From Candidatus Omnitrophota bacterium (lineage in GTDB: Bacteria > Omnitrophota > Gorgyraeia > 1-14-0-20-64-10), in contig JAMWCF010000001.1 in the NCBI GenBank assembly GCA_023818695.1, positions 147,306-211,305 of the forward strand: a DNA stretch of 64,000 bases, in the 5' to 3' direction. Shown piece after piece: positions 26,719 to 36,163 of this stretch. The notes beneath the pieces were generated by a model. That model was not told where the DNA came from and made no database searches. It saw nothing but the letters and a program-made list of their open reading frames with translations. Position 1 is the first letter of the stretch, and each line of letters opens with the position of its first letter. The position numbers were made by a program, and so were the translations under genes.

Positions 26719-28353
26719 ATGCCTACACTGACGATTGACGGAAAGCAGGTTACGGTCGAACCGGGCACCACGGTGATCCAGGCGGCGGAGAAGCTGGGGA
26801 TCTTCGTGCCGAGATACTGCTACCATCCAGGGCTGACGATCGCCGGCAACTGCCGGATCTGCCTGGTGGAGGTGGAAAAGGCACCGAAGCTGCAGATCGC
26901 CTGCAACACCCCCTGCGCCGACGGGATGGTCGTTCACACCCAGAGCTCGAAGGTGAACCAGGGCAGGGCATCGGTGCTGGAGTTCCTTCTGATCAACCAC
27001 CCGCTGGACTGCCCGGTCTGCGACCAGTCCGGTGAATGCGACCTTCAGAACTTCTACATGCAGTACGGACTCTACGACGCCCGGTTCCAGGAGCAGAAGC
27101 AGAAGAAGCCGAAGGCGGTCCCGCTGGGGCCGACCGTGATGCTGGACGCGGAACGCTGCGTTCTCTGCTCCCGCTGCACCCGCTTCACCGATGAGATCAC
27201 CAGGACCGGCGAACTGGGGATCTTTAACCGGGGCGACAAGGCGGAGGTCGGCCTGTATCCCGGCAAGACGCTGGACAACAAATACTCTGGCAACGTGGTG
27301 GATATCTGCCCTGTGGGGGCGCTGACCGACCGGGATTTTCGGTTCAAGGCACGGGTCTGGTATCTTTCCAGCGCCCCCTCGATCTGCACCGGCTGTTCCC
27401 AGGGATGCAACATCGACGTTCATTACGTCATCGACCGGCCCCATTTGGCTGAAGGGGCCAGGATCATGCGGTTGAAGCCCCGCTATAACCCGGACGTCAA
27501 CAAATGGTGGATGTGCGACGAAGGCCGCTACGGCTACAAGTTCGTGGATGAAAACCGGATCCGCCAAGTCAGCCATCGGGGGCAGGCGGTTTCCTGGGAG
27601 GATGCTTACTCCTCTCTGGCCGCCTCGCTGGCGCGGTTCAAATCGGACGGCCGGTTGAATGAAATCGGCATCCTGCCGTCCGCCCAGCAGACCAATGAAG
27701 AGCTTTTCCTGGTTCGGAAACTGTTCAAGGAGGGGCTTGGCATCAAGAACTGCGACATTCAGGTCCCCAGCCCGGCGGGAACCAGCGACGGCTTTCTGAT
27801 CAAACCGGACAAGAACCCGAACACGATGGGAGCTGCCCTGATCGGTTTCCCCGGAGCCTCCAAGCCGCTGAAGTCAACCAACGGCTCCTCTGCCTCCGGC
27901 CATATCTTTGACAAGGCCCTCTCCGGCGAGATCAGGGCCCTATGGGTTTTCGGCCATGACCTGGTGAAGCTTTTCGGGGAGGAGAAGGTCAAGGCGCTGG
28001 CCGCCTCGCTGGAGCTGTTCGTTTTCCAGGGCTCCAACGACAACGGGACCGCCCGCTACGCCCACTGGGTTCTGCCCAGCGCTGTCTTTGCCGAGAACGA
28101 CGGGACCTTCGTCAACGTAAGCGGCTGGGTGCAGAGGATCAAACCCTGTTTTGCCCCTCTGGCTGATTCCCTGCCGGATGCCCAGGTTCTGCTGGAGCTG
28201 GCCCGGCGGATTGGAATTTCGCTTTCTTTTAAGTCGGCCGAAGAGGTGTTCAACGCTCTGGCCGCGGAGATGCCGGCCTTTGGGGGGCTCACCTACGAGA
28301 GGATCGGTCTGCAGGGAGCCCGGGTCCACCAGAAGGAGCCAGCAGCGCGATGA
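26719..28353 (+). CDS. nuoG: NADH-quinone oxidoreductase subunit G (short, 544 aa)
   Basis: CYHPGLTIAGNCRIC (2Fe-2S), HPLDCPVCDQSGEC, CVLCSRCTRF and CPVGAL. Start at ATG 26719. Confidence 0.9.
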   Translation: MPTLTIDGKQVTVEPGTTVIQAAEKLGIFVPRYCYHPGLTIAGNCRICLVEVEKAPKLQIACNTPCADGMVVHTQSSKVNQGRASVLEFLLINHPLDCPVCDQSGECDLQNFYMQYGLYDARFQEQKQKKPKAVPLGPTVMLDAERCVLCSRCTRFTDEITRTGELGIFNRGDKAEVGLYPGKTLDNKYSGNVVDICPVGALTDRDFRFKARVWYLSSAPSICTGCSQGCNIDVHYVIDRPHLAEGARIMRLKPRYNPDVNKWWMCDEGRYGYKFVDENRIRQVSHRGQAVSWEDAYSSLAASLARFKSDGRLNEIGILPSAQQTNEELFLVRKLFKEGLGIKNCDIQVPSPAGTSDGFLIKPDKNPNTMGAALIGFPGASKPLKSTNGSSASGHIFDKALSGEIRALWVFGHDLVKLFGEEKVKALAASLELFVFQGSNDNGTARYAHWVLPSAVFAENDGTFVNVSGWVQRIKPCFAPLADSLPDAQVLLELARRIGISLSFKSAEEVFNALAAEMPAFGGLTYERIGLQGARVHQKEPAAR

Positions 28354-29486
28354 TGGCCGACCTGGCGATCAAACTGGGGCTGATCGGGATTTTCATCGCC
28401 GGGTTCGTGCTGAACGTCGGAGGCCTGCATGCCTGGGTGGAGCGCAAGCAGTCGGCCCTGATGCAGGATAGGATCGGCGCCAACAGGGCCTTCATCATCC
28501 TTCCCTGGAGATGGGCCGCCCCGATCAACTGGCTTTTGAGGCCCCTGAACGTGCTGGGGCTGTTCCACCCGGTGGCCGACGCAGTGAAGATGTTCACCAA
28601 GGAAGATTTCATCCCGCCGAAAGGGGACCGGTTCCTTCACACGTTGGCCCCGTTTGTCTCGATGTTCTTCGCGCTGGCGGCCTTCGCCGGAATTCCATTC
28701 GGCGACCGGCTGGTCCTGGGGGAGCGGGTCATCGAGCTGCAGATTGCCAAGATCGACATCGCCCTCCTTTACATCTTCGCCATGCTTTCCCTCGGCGTCT
28801 ATGGCGTGATCCTGGCCGGCTTCGCCTCCAAGAGCAACTACGCTCTACTGGGGTCGTTGCGGGCCTCCGCACAGATGATCTCCTATGAGATCGCGCTGGG
28901 GATCTCGATCATCGGCGTCATCCTGATCTACGGCACCCTGGATATGCAGGAGATGGTTCGGGCGCAGGGGAAGCTGCTGTTCGGCTTCCTGCCAATGTGG
29001 GGGATCTTTCTCCAGCCGGTGGCCTTCTTCATCTTCATGGCGGCGGCGCTAGCGGAGACGAAGAGGATTCCGTTCGATCTGCCCGAAGGTGAGAGCGAAA
29101 TCATTGGCTATTTTGTCGAGTACAGCGGCATGAAGTTCGGCATCTTTTTCATGGTCGACTTCATCGAGACGGTGATGGTGGCCTGCCTGATGACAACCCT
29201 CTTCTTCGGCGGCTGGCAGGTGCCGTACCTGTATCCGGATGGGTTCCACTTCCCGTGGGGCGGGGTGATCCCGGTGAACAGCCTGGTTTATGTGCTGGCC
29301 GGGGTGGCCAGCTTCACGGTGAAGGTTCTCTTCTTCTGCTGGCTCTTCATGACGGTTCGCTGGACTCTGCCACGGTTCCGGTATGACCAGCTGATGACTC
29401 TGGGATGGAAGGTGCTCTTCCCAATCTCGCTGGTCAACGTGGTCCTGACGGCGCTGGCGGTCCTGGTCTATAAGGTGGTGATCTAA
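28350..29486 (+). CDS. nuoH: NADH-quinone oxidoreductase subunit H
   Basis: 8-TM profile and PFDLPEGESEIIGYFVEYSG. ATGA overlap with nuoG. Confidence 0.95.
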   Translation: MMADLAIKLGLIGIFIAGFVLNVGGLHAWVERKQSALMQDRIGANRAFIILPWRWAAPINWLLRPLNVLGLFHPVADAVKMFTKEDFIPPKGDRFLHTLAPFVSMFFALAAFAGIPFGDRLVLGERVIELQIAKIDIALLYIFAMLSLGVYGVILAGFASKSNYALLGSLRASAQMISYEIALGISIIGVILIYGTLDMQEMVRAQGKLLFGFLPMWGIFLQPVAFFIFMAAALAETKRIPFDLPEGESEIIGYFVEYSGMKFGIFFMVDFIETVMVACLMTTLFFGGWQVPYLYPDGFHFPWGGVIPVNSLVYVLAGVASFTVKVLFFCWLFMTVRWTLPRFRYDQLMTLGWKVLFPISLVNVVLTALAVLVYKVVI

Positions 29487-30151
29487 TGCAGATCAAAAAG
29501 CGTGAGCTCACATTCTGGGAGAAGATCTACCTGCCGGAGATTTTTCGGGGGGTCTGGATCACCTCGGTCCATTTCTTCCGGAACCTCGCCATCCACACCG
29601 CCCACCGGTTCGGCCTGCTGAAGAACGTCCGAGCGGGGGTGACCTTCCAGTACCCGGAGAACCCCAGACCTCTCTTCCCTCGTTTGCGGACCCGACACCG
29701 ACTGACGGTCCGGGAAGAGGGGACCCCCCGGTGCGTCGGCTGCATGCTCTGTGAGACGGTCTGCCCGGCCAAGTGCATCACCATTGTGGCCGGGGAGCAC
29801 CCGGATCCCAACGTAGAGAAGTACCCGGTCCGGTTCGACATCGACCTGGGGGTTTGCGTCTACTGCGGCTATTGCGTGGAGGTCTGCCCGGAGGATGCCA
29901 TCCGGATGGATACCGAGATTCTGGATGTGGCCGCCTATTCCAGGGCCGAAATGAAGCTGGACATGCATGAGCTGATGAATCCGCAGTTGCGGAAACCGGT
30001 GAAAGAGTGTACACTTAAGTTTCCCCACAAATGCGCGATCCACGGGGGCGAGTTGAGGGGGGACTGGCGGTTCGTCTACGGCAAGAACCCGGAGCAGATC
30101 CGGGAAGAGGGCTGGAAAGAGATTCAGGAGCTGTCAGGCAAAGAGCATTAG
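29486..30151 (+). CDS. nuoI: NADH-quinone oxidoreductase subunit I
   Basis: Two 4Fe-4S motifs, CVGCMLCETVCP and CVYCGYCVEVCP. TAATG junction with nuoH. Confidence 0.9.
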   Translation: MQIKKRELTFWEKIYLPEIFRGVWITSVHFFRNLAIHTAHRFGLLKNVRAGVTFQYPENPRPLFPRLRTRHRLTVREEGTPRCVGCMLCETVCPAKCITIVAGEHPDPNVEKYPVRFDIDLGVCVYCGYCVEVCPEDAIRMDTEILDVAAYSRAEMKLDMHELMNPQLRKPVKECTLKFPHKCAIHGGELRGDWRFVYGKNPEQIREEGWKEIQELSGKEH

Positions 30152-30237
30152 CCGGAAAGAGCCCCGATAGGTAAGCCCGTCAGAGGCGGGCCCGCCAATG
30201 CTACGGCGGGGCAGGGACGCCAAAAACGGCATTCAGG

Positions 30238-30282
30238 AAAAAGCCGGCTGGTTCAGCAATTGAGCCAGCCGGCTTTGTTTTT
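30238..30282. terminator. bidirectional intrinsic terminator between nuoI (+) and the methyltransferase/nuoN unit (-)
   Basis: A perfect 12-bp stem (AAAGCCGGCTGG 30240-30251 pairs with CCAGCCGGCTTT 30265-30276) with a 13-nt loop. It is flanked by an A5 run upstream and GTTTTT downstream, so a U-tract follows the hairpin on both strands. Confidence 0.6.
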
Positions 30283-30304
30283 GGGGGTTGGCTTTGGACA
30301 CCCC

Positions 30305-31033
30305 TCACGCTCGCTGGAGGATGTAGAAGACGTAGCCGTAGGAGGCGTTGTGGTTCTTAAAGAGCCGGATCTCCTCCTCGAAGGGTGCGAGCACTGCGGC
30401 GTATTCCATCGACTGCACCTTCAGGTCTGAAATCCGCTTGGCCATCGGGCCGTAGTAATTCTCCCACCAGTCCGATTCCGGCAGGATGAAATGGTGCAGC
30501 GGCTTGTAACCGGCCTTTTCGGTGAGCGTCAGGTTCTCCTCGATCCCCTGCATGGCCGGATATTTCCGGGCCCAAAACCGTTTCGGTTCCTCCGGCCGCT
30601 CCCCGGAAAGCCAGCTTAGCTCGCTCACGCAGGCGCATCCCCCCTTCTTGAGGAAATCGCGCCAGTAGGCGAGCCCCTTCTGGAAACCGATCAGGTAGAG
30701 GGCCCCTTCCGACCAGAGCAGGTCGAAACTTTCCTTCCGGAAAGGGAGCGATTCCATGGAGCCGTGGCAGATCTCGACGTTATCGCTCAAACTGGTCAGC
30801 TGGGCGTAGATCTTCACCTGCTCCAGAAAAGGTTTGTGGATGTCCACCGCGCTGACCTTGCCGCCGGTCTGGTGGGCGAGCTGGACTGACGTCAAACCGG
30901 TCCCGCAGCCGGCGTCCAAAATGCGCGGGTTTTTGGGTAAGGAAGGGATGAGAGAAAGGGCTTTGCGGGTGGTGGCGTTGCTGCCGGGCCCCTGCCGGGG
31001 GAGCCATTCGAACAGTTCAGAAACGATGTCCAA
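30305..31033 (-). CDS. class I SAM-dependent methyltransferase
   Basis: Motif I ILDAGCGTGLTS. 242 aa. Starts 9 nt downstream of the nuoN stop on the same strand. Confidence 0.8.
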   Translation of the reverse strand: MDIVSELFEWLPRQGPGSNATTRKALSLIPSLPKNPRILDAGCGTGLTSVQLAHQTGGKVSAVDIHKPFLEQVKIYAQLTSLSDNVEICHGSMESLPFRKESFDLLWSEGALYLIGFQKGLAYWRDFLKKGGCACVSELSWLSGERPEEPKRFWARKYPAMQGIEENLTLTEKAGYKPLHHFILPESDWWENYYGPMAKRISDLKVQSMEYAAVLAPFEEEIRLFKNHNASYGYVFYILQRA

Positions 31034-31042
31034 GGGTGGAGC

Positions 31043-32485
31043 TTAAAACAGCCCTTTGACGGCGGCGAAGGATAGGGAGAGGAACGGTTCCTGCCAGATG
31101 CCGATCCCGAGGATTCCGAGCAGGCAGAAGAGCAGGGCCAGCCGCATCGGCAGGGAGACCGGCACCGGCGAAGAGTCCTCGGCTCGGTCCACGTACATCA
31201 CCTTGACTACGATCAGGTAATAGTATAAGGAAATGACCACCGCGACAGCCCCGATGATCGCCAGAGTCAGGTGTCCTTGAGAGAGGGCCCCCAGCAGGAG
31301 CATGAATTTTCCGATGAAACCGGCCAGAGGCGGCACGCCAGCCAGCGACAGCAGGGCGATGAACATCACCATCGCCAGCAGGGGAGATCGCTTGGAAAGC
31401 CCGGCGTAGTTTTTGATTTCATCGGAACCGGTGTGGGAGGAGAAAACGGTCACCACCAGAAAAACAGCGAGGTTGGTTACGAGGTACCCTGCCAGGTAAA
31501 AGACCATGGCGGTCGATCCCAGCGAGGAGGGGCAGGCCAGGCCGATCAGCAGGTAGCCGGCGTGCCCGATCGACGAGTAGCCCAGCAGACGCTTGATATT
31601 TTTCTGGGGGATCGCCCCCAGGTTCCCGTAAAGGATCGTCAGTCCCGCCACCCAGACCAGCACCGGCGCCCAGTCGGCGCTGGAGGAGATGAACAGCTCG
31701 TGGAAGACCCGCAAGGCCACCAGGAACCCGGCCGATTTGGAGCCGACCGACAGGAAAGCGGTCACCGACGTCGGCGCCCCCTCGTAGACATCCGGCGTCC
31801 AGAGCTGGAATGGCACCCCCGCCGTCTTGAATAGGATCCCGCCCAGGATCAGGAAAAGGCCGAAGAGGCAGCCGGCGGAGAAAGGGGTTTCCTGGAGGAA
31901 CTGGCGGATCTCCACGAATCGGATGGAGCCGCTGGAACCGTAGACGAAAGCTACGCCGTACAGGAAACAGGCGGAGGCGATCGAGCCGAGGATCAGGTAT
32001 TTGATTCCGGCTTCCAGGGAACGCAGGTCTGTCTTGAGGTACGCAGTCATCACGTAGAAGCTGATGGTGATCAGTTCCAGGGCGATGAACAGCATCAGGA
32101 AGTCGGCGGCGGAGGCGACGAACATCATCCCCAGCGTCGCCGAGAGGATCAGCAGGTAAAACTCCCCGTGCGCCTGCTGCGCGGCGGCCGGCGTTTTGGA
32201 GATCTCACGAGTCATTAGGATCACCAGAAGGGAGGTGATGATGAAGATTCCTTTGAAGAGGAGGGCCGCCGAGTCGATCCGGTACATGCCGTGAAGCAGC
32301 TCCAGGGTGTCGAGCTGCCGCTGCATGCACAGCAGGGGCAGGACCGGGAGCAGGCCGATGGCCGCCATGAGGCCGAGCTTCGTGTGGCCCCGGCCCTTCC
32401 AACGCAGGTCGAGCAGGAGGATCAGCAGGGCCAGCGCCCCCACCCAGATCTCCGGTAGGAGGTAAAAGAAGTGGGATGGCATCAT
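31043..32485 (-). CDS. nuoN: NADH-quinone oxidoreductase subunit N
   Basis: 480-aa antiporter-like protein of about 14 TM. It follows nuoM with an overlap. Confidence 0.9.
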   Translation of the reverse strand: MMPSHFFYLLPEIWVGALALLILLLDLRWKGRGHTKLGLMAAIGLLPVLPLLCMQRQLDTLELLHGMYRIDSAALLFKGIFIITSLLVILMTREISKTPAAAQQAHGEFYLLILSATLGMMFVASAADFLMLFIALELITISFYVMTAYLKTDLRSLEAGIKYLILGSIASACFLYGVAFVYGSSGSIRFVEIRQFLQETPFSAGCLFGLFLILGGILFKTAGVPFQLWTPDVYEGAPTSVTAFLSVGSKSAGFLVALRVFHELFISSSADWAPVLVWVAGLTILYGNLGAIPQKNIKRLLGYSSIGHAGYLLIGLACPSSLGSTAMVFYLAGYLVTNLAVFLVVTVFSSHTGSDEIKNYAGLSKRSPLLAMVMFIALLSLAGVPPLAGFIGKFMLLLGALSQGHLTLAIIGAVAVVISLYYYLIVVKVMYVDRAEDSSPVPVSLPMRLALLFCLLGILGIGIWQEPFLSLSFAAVKGLF

Positions 32486-33981
32486 AGGCGGGCCACCGAT
32501 CGCAGCGGAGCCAGGTGGTCGAGGATCGTTTCGATTGAGCCGCCGATCATGTTGAGCAGGGGGCCCGGCCAGCAGCCGACCAGCACCAGCGCCGCCACCA
32601 GGATGACGTAAGGCAGCCGTTCAAATGGGGTGTGGGCATCCTCCAGGTGGACCCACCTGGGGTTCATGGGACCGAAGAAGCCGGTCCGGACGGCCCGAAG
32701 CATGTAGAAGGCAGTGATCACGATCCCGAAGACGGCCGCCAGGGAAGGCCAGCGGTAAACGTCCCAGGAGCCGAAGAAGACCAGCAGCTCCGCCACGAAG
32801 TTGCCGAAACCCGGCAGACCCGAAGAGGCGAGCGCCGCGATGGCGAACATCGAAGCGATGAACGGCACCCGCTTGGAAAGGCCGCCCCATTCGGAGATCA
32901 CCCGCGTATGGGTCTGGTCGTAGATGTGGCCGACGGTGGCGAAGGCGAGGGAGGTCATGATCCCGTGGGCGAACATCAACATCACCGCCCCGTTGAGGGA
33001 GACCGGGTTCAGGCAGGCCAGTCCCAGCAGGACGTAACCCATGTGGCTGGAGGAGGAGTAGCCGATGATGAACTTCACATCCTTTTGGGCCATCGCCACG
33101 AAGCCGCCGTAGATGATATTCATGGTGCAGAGCCCCGCCACCAGAGGCATCCAGGCGTAGGCCCCTTCGGGCAGGAGCTGAATGCCGATGCGCAGGATCG
33201 CATAAGAGCCCAGCTTCATCAGCACACCGGCGTGCAACATGCTGACCGCCGAAGGGGCCGCGGCGTGGCCGATCGGCGACCAGGAATGGAAAGGCCACAT
33301 CGGGGCGATCACACCAAAGCCGACCAGCAGGAACGGGAAGAGAAAGGTCTGGATGTGCGCCGGGATCGGGTTCTGCGAGAGGTAGCGCTGGAGCTCGATC
33401 AGGTCGAAACTCCAGATGCCGCTGATCAGGTAAACGAGCAGCAGACCCACCAGCGCCAGCACCGCCCCAGCGGTCAGGTAGAGGGTCAGCTTCATGGTGG
33501 CGTAGAGTTTATCCCCGGAACCCCAGATACCGATCAGGGGGAACATCGGGATCACCGCCATCTCATAAAAGAGATAGAAGAAGAAGAGATCCAGCGAAAC
33601 GAAGACGCCGCTGACCCCGCCGATCAGCAGGAGGTAGAAGATGTAGTACTCCTTGACCCGTTCCTGGATCCGGTAGGAGATGAGGACACCGGTGAAGCCG
33701 CAGATGGCGTGTAGGAGCAGGAGAACCATGTTGATGCCGTCCAGCCCCACCTGGAAATGGACCCCGATGGAGGGAATCCATGGAATCTTCTGGAGCCATT
33801 GATATCCGCCCCGCGCGTGGTCGTACAGGAAGAAAAGGGTGACGGCAATGGCCAGGGGGAAGAAGGTAAAGATGGCGGCGACCCGGCGGACGATGTCGGT
33901 CCGGTTTTCCGGGATGGCCAGCAGCAGGATTGCTCCCGCGAACGGGAAGAGAAGGGCGGCTGTTACAGGAGACATCGCCAC
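32482..33981 (-). CDS. nuoM: NADH-quinone oxidoreductase subunit M
   Basis: 499-aa Mrp-antiporter-like membrane protein (WPFHSWSPIGHAAAPSAVSMLHAGVLMKLG). Confidence 0.9.
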   Translation of the reverse strand: MAMSPVTAALLFPFAGAILLLAIPENRTDIVRRVAAIFTFFPLAIAVTLFFLYDHARGGYQWLQKIPWIPSIGVHFQVGLDGINMVLLLLHAICGFTGVLISYRIQERVKEYYIFYLLLIGGVSGVFVSLDLFFFYLFYEMAVIPMFPLIGIWGSGDKLYATMKLTLYLTAGAVLALVGLLLVYLISGIWSFDLIELQRYLSQNPIPAHIQTFLFPFLLVGFGVIAPMWPFHSWSPIGHAAAPSAVSMLHAGVLMKLGSYAILRIGIQLLPEGAYAWMPLVAGLCTMNIIYGGFVAMAQKDVKFIIGYSSSSHMGYVLLGLACLNPVSLNGAVMLMFAHGIMTSLAFATVGHIYDQTHTRVISEWGGLSKRVPFIASMFAIAALASSGLPGFGNFVAELLVFFGSWDVYRWPSLAAVFGIVITAFYMLRAVRTGFFGPMNPRWVHLEDAHTPFERLPYVILVAALVLVGCWPGPLLNMIGGSIETILDHLAPLRSVARL

Positions 33982-35867
33982 CCCGCCAGGATGATCGCCG
34001 CCAATCCCGCGGCGATGCTCAACGCGTAGATCTGGACCTTGCCGGTCTGCAGGCGGGTCAGGACCCAGCCGCAGAATCCGGTTGAACCGGCGACCCCATT
34101 GATGATGAAGCCGATCAGGACCGAGCGCTCCACCCAGCCGAGGATGATTGCGGTCCTCTGCTGGATTCGGTTGTTGATCCAGCGGTAGATGTCGTCCATG
34201 TAATATTTGTTGGAAAGGACCCGGGCGACCGCCTTGTATTTTTGGAGAAGGATTTCATCGGTGCTGCCGTCGCCGTAGAGCCGCCAGGCCAAAGCCAGTC
34301 CCGCCACCGCCACGGCGGAGGAGATCAGGGCGACCGGCATGTTGAACTCGACGTGAGCAGCCTGCGCGTGATGAAGCAAGGCGGGGATTCCGATAAAGCC
34401 GCCTACCGCCGACAGCGCGGCCAGGATCACCAGCGGCAGATACATCACCGGGGGCACTTCATGCGGGTGATGTCTGGGGTCTCTCGAGGGACCCAGGAAG
34501 GCGGCGCACAGCAGCCGGCCCATGTAGTAAGAGGTCATGCCGGCGGTGAGGGTCCCGGTTACATAAAGGAGTTTATTCCGCTCGAAGGCCAAGGCGAGGA
34601 TCTCATCCTTGCTCCAAAAGCCGGAGAGGGGCCAGATGCCGCACAGCGCCAGCGAGCCGACGATGAAAAGCATCGTGGTGACCGGCATCGCCTCCCGCAG
34701 GCCGCCCATGTGCCAGATGTTGTTGGTGTGCAGGGCATGGATCACGCAGCCGGCCCCCATGAAAAGGAGGGCCTTGAAGAAGGCGTGGGTGGTCAGATGG
34801 TACATGCCGGCGGTATACCCCCCCAGTCCCACCGCCATGACCAGGTATCCCAGTTGGCTCAAGGTAGAATAGGCCAGGATCCTCTTGATGTCATTTTCCA
34901 CCAGGGCCATACTGGCAGCGAACAAGGCCGTAAAGCTCCCGACCGCCGCGATGACCTGCAGGGCGTCCGGGACCGCGGCGAACAGGAAGAAGGTCCGGCA
35001 GAGCATGTAGACACCGGCGGCCACCATGGTCGCTGCATGAATAAGGGCCGAGACCGGCGTGGGACCTTCCATCGCATCCGGGAGCCAGACATGCAGGGGG
35101 AACTGGGCCGATTTCCCGAGGACGCCGCAGAAAAGCAGCAGGGCGACCATGGAGAGGGGGGAGGCCAGCGACGTCCCGAGCTGGCCGGCCATGACCGGAA
35201 TCCTCGCCTCCAGTTCGATGAAGTTCAGCGTTTTGGGCAGGAGGTTGATCCCCGAGAGGGACCAGAGCATCAGGATTCCGACCAGGAATCCGAAGTCGGC
35301 GATTCGGTTGACGAGAAAGGCCTTTTTGCCAGCATCGGCGGCGCTCGGCTTCTCATACCAGAAGCCGATCAGCAGGTAAGAGCTGGCTCCCACCAGCTCC
35401 CAGAAGATGAAAAGGGTGACGAAATTGTTAGCCAGGACGATGCCGAGCATGGAGAAGGCGAAAAGGGAAAGGAAAGCGAAGTAGCGGCTGAAGGCGGGGT
35501 CGTCCGCCATATAGCCGACGGAATAGATGAAGATCATCAACCCCACACCGGTGACAACCAGGCACATCAGGATGGCCAGAGGGTTGACGAACAGGCCGAA
35601 TTCGATGTTTAAACCGGAGATTTGGATCCAGGGGACGGACAGTTCGAGTGCGGCATGGCCGCCGGAGCGGATCTGGCAGACCAGCAGGTTCACGGTGGAG
35701 AGGAACGCCAGCCCCATCGACCCGATGGCCAGCCCGGCGCTGGCCCCCCTGGAGCGCCGGGTCACTAAGGAAATGGCCAGGAACGCCGCCAGCGGCAGAA
35801 ACAGGATTCCCCAGACCGACCAGGCCGGAGGGTGGATGGCAGCGGCTGTTTCGGGATGGGCTACCAT
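33963..35867 (-). CDS. nuoL: NADH-quinone oxidoreductase subunit L
   Basis: 634-aa antiporter-like protein (FPLHVWLPDAMEGPTPVSALIHAATMV) with a C-terminal lateral-helix region. Confidence 0.9.
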   Translation of the reverse strand: MVAHPETAAAIHPPAWSVWGILFLPLAAFLAISLVTRRSRGASAGLAIGSMGLAFLSTVNLLVCQIRSGGHAALELSVPWIQISGLNIEFGLFVNPLAILMCLVVTGVGLMIFIYSVGYMADDPAFSRYFAFLSLFAFSMLGIVLANNFVTLFIFWELVGASSYLLIGFWYEKPSAADAGKKAFLVNRIADFGFLVGILMLWSLSGINLLPKTLNFIELEARIPVMAGQLGTSLASPLSMVALLLFCGVLGKSAQFPLHVWLPDAMEGPTPVSALIHAATMVAAGVYMLCRTFFLFAAVPDALQVIAAVGSFTALFAASMALVENDIKRILAYSTLSQLGYLVMAVGLGGYTAGMYHLTTHAFFKALLFMGAGCVIHALHTNNIWHMGGLREAMPVTTMLFIVGSLALCGIWPLSGFWSKDEILALAFERNKLLYVTGTLTAGMTSYYMGRLLCAAFLGPSRDPRHHPHEVPPVMYLPLVILAALSAVGGFIGIPALLHHAQAAHVEFNMPVALISSAVAVAGLALAWRLYGDGSTDEILLQKYKAVARVLSNKYYMDDIYRWINNRIQQRTAIILGWVERSVLIGFIINGVAGSTGFCGWVLTRLQTGKVQIYALSIAAGLAAIILAGWRCLL

Positions 35868-36163
35868 CGCAGAATCCTCAAGTCATCCGCCTCGGTCTTG
35901 TTGAACTGCCTGACTAGCACCACGGCGATGGCCAGCCCTACCGTAACTTCCGCCGCAGCCACGATCATCACGAAGAAGACCACCACCTGGCCGGCTAGAT
36001 CGCCCAGGGAATAGGAAAAGGCGACGAACGCCAGGTTGACGGCCGCCAGGAGGATCTCAAGGGACAGGAGGATCATGATGATGTTGCGCCGGGTGATCGC
36101 TCCGATGAGACCGATGGCGAACAGGACGCCGCTCAAAATCAGGAGTTCCTGGAGAGGGATCAT
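35861..36163 (-). CDS. nuoK: NADH-quinone oxidoreductase subunit K
   Basis: 100-aa, 3-TM protein (MIPLQELLILSGVLFAIGL...AAAEVTVGLAI). ATG 36163 forms an ATGA overlap with nuoJ. Confidence 0.9.
   Translation of the reverse strand: MIPLQELLILSGVLFAIGLIGAITRRNIIMILLSLEILLAAVNLAFVAFSYSLGDLAGQVVVFFVMIVAAAEVTVGLAIAVVLVRQFNKTEADDLRILRW

Noticed and set aside
29978-30151. A NuoI C-terminal tail containing C-x5-H-x-C-x2-H (ECTLKFPHKCAIHG), a possible extra metal site.
   Set aside because: NuoI terminal lengths vary among species, and the excess over E. coli NuoI is only about 20 aa at this end. A four-residue pattern alone is weak evidence.
30152-30237. GC-rich palindromes and small hairpins downstream of nuoI (GGCGGGCCCGCC at 30185-30196; CCCGCC-N8-GGCGGG at 30191-30210), and a 21-codon ATG frame at 30198.
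   Set aside because: The stems are only 5-6 bp, there is no U-tract and no Shine-Dalgarno sequence. This is most simply part of the nuoI 3' UTR ahead of the real terminator at 30238-30282.
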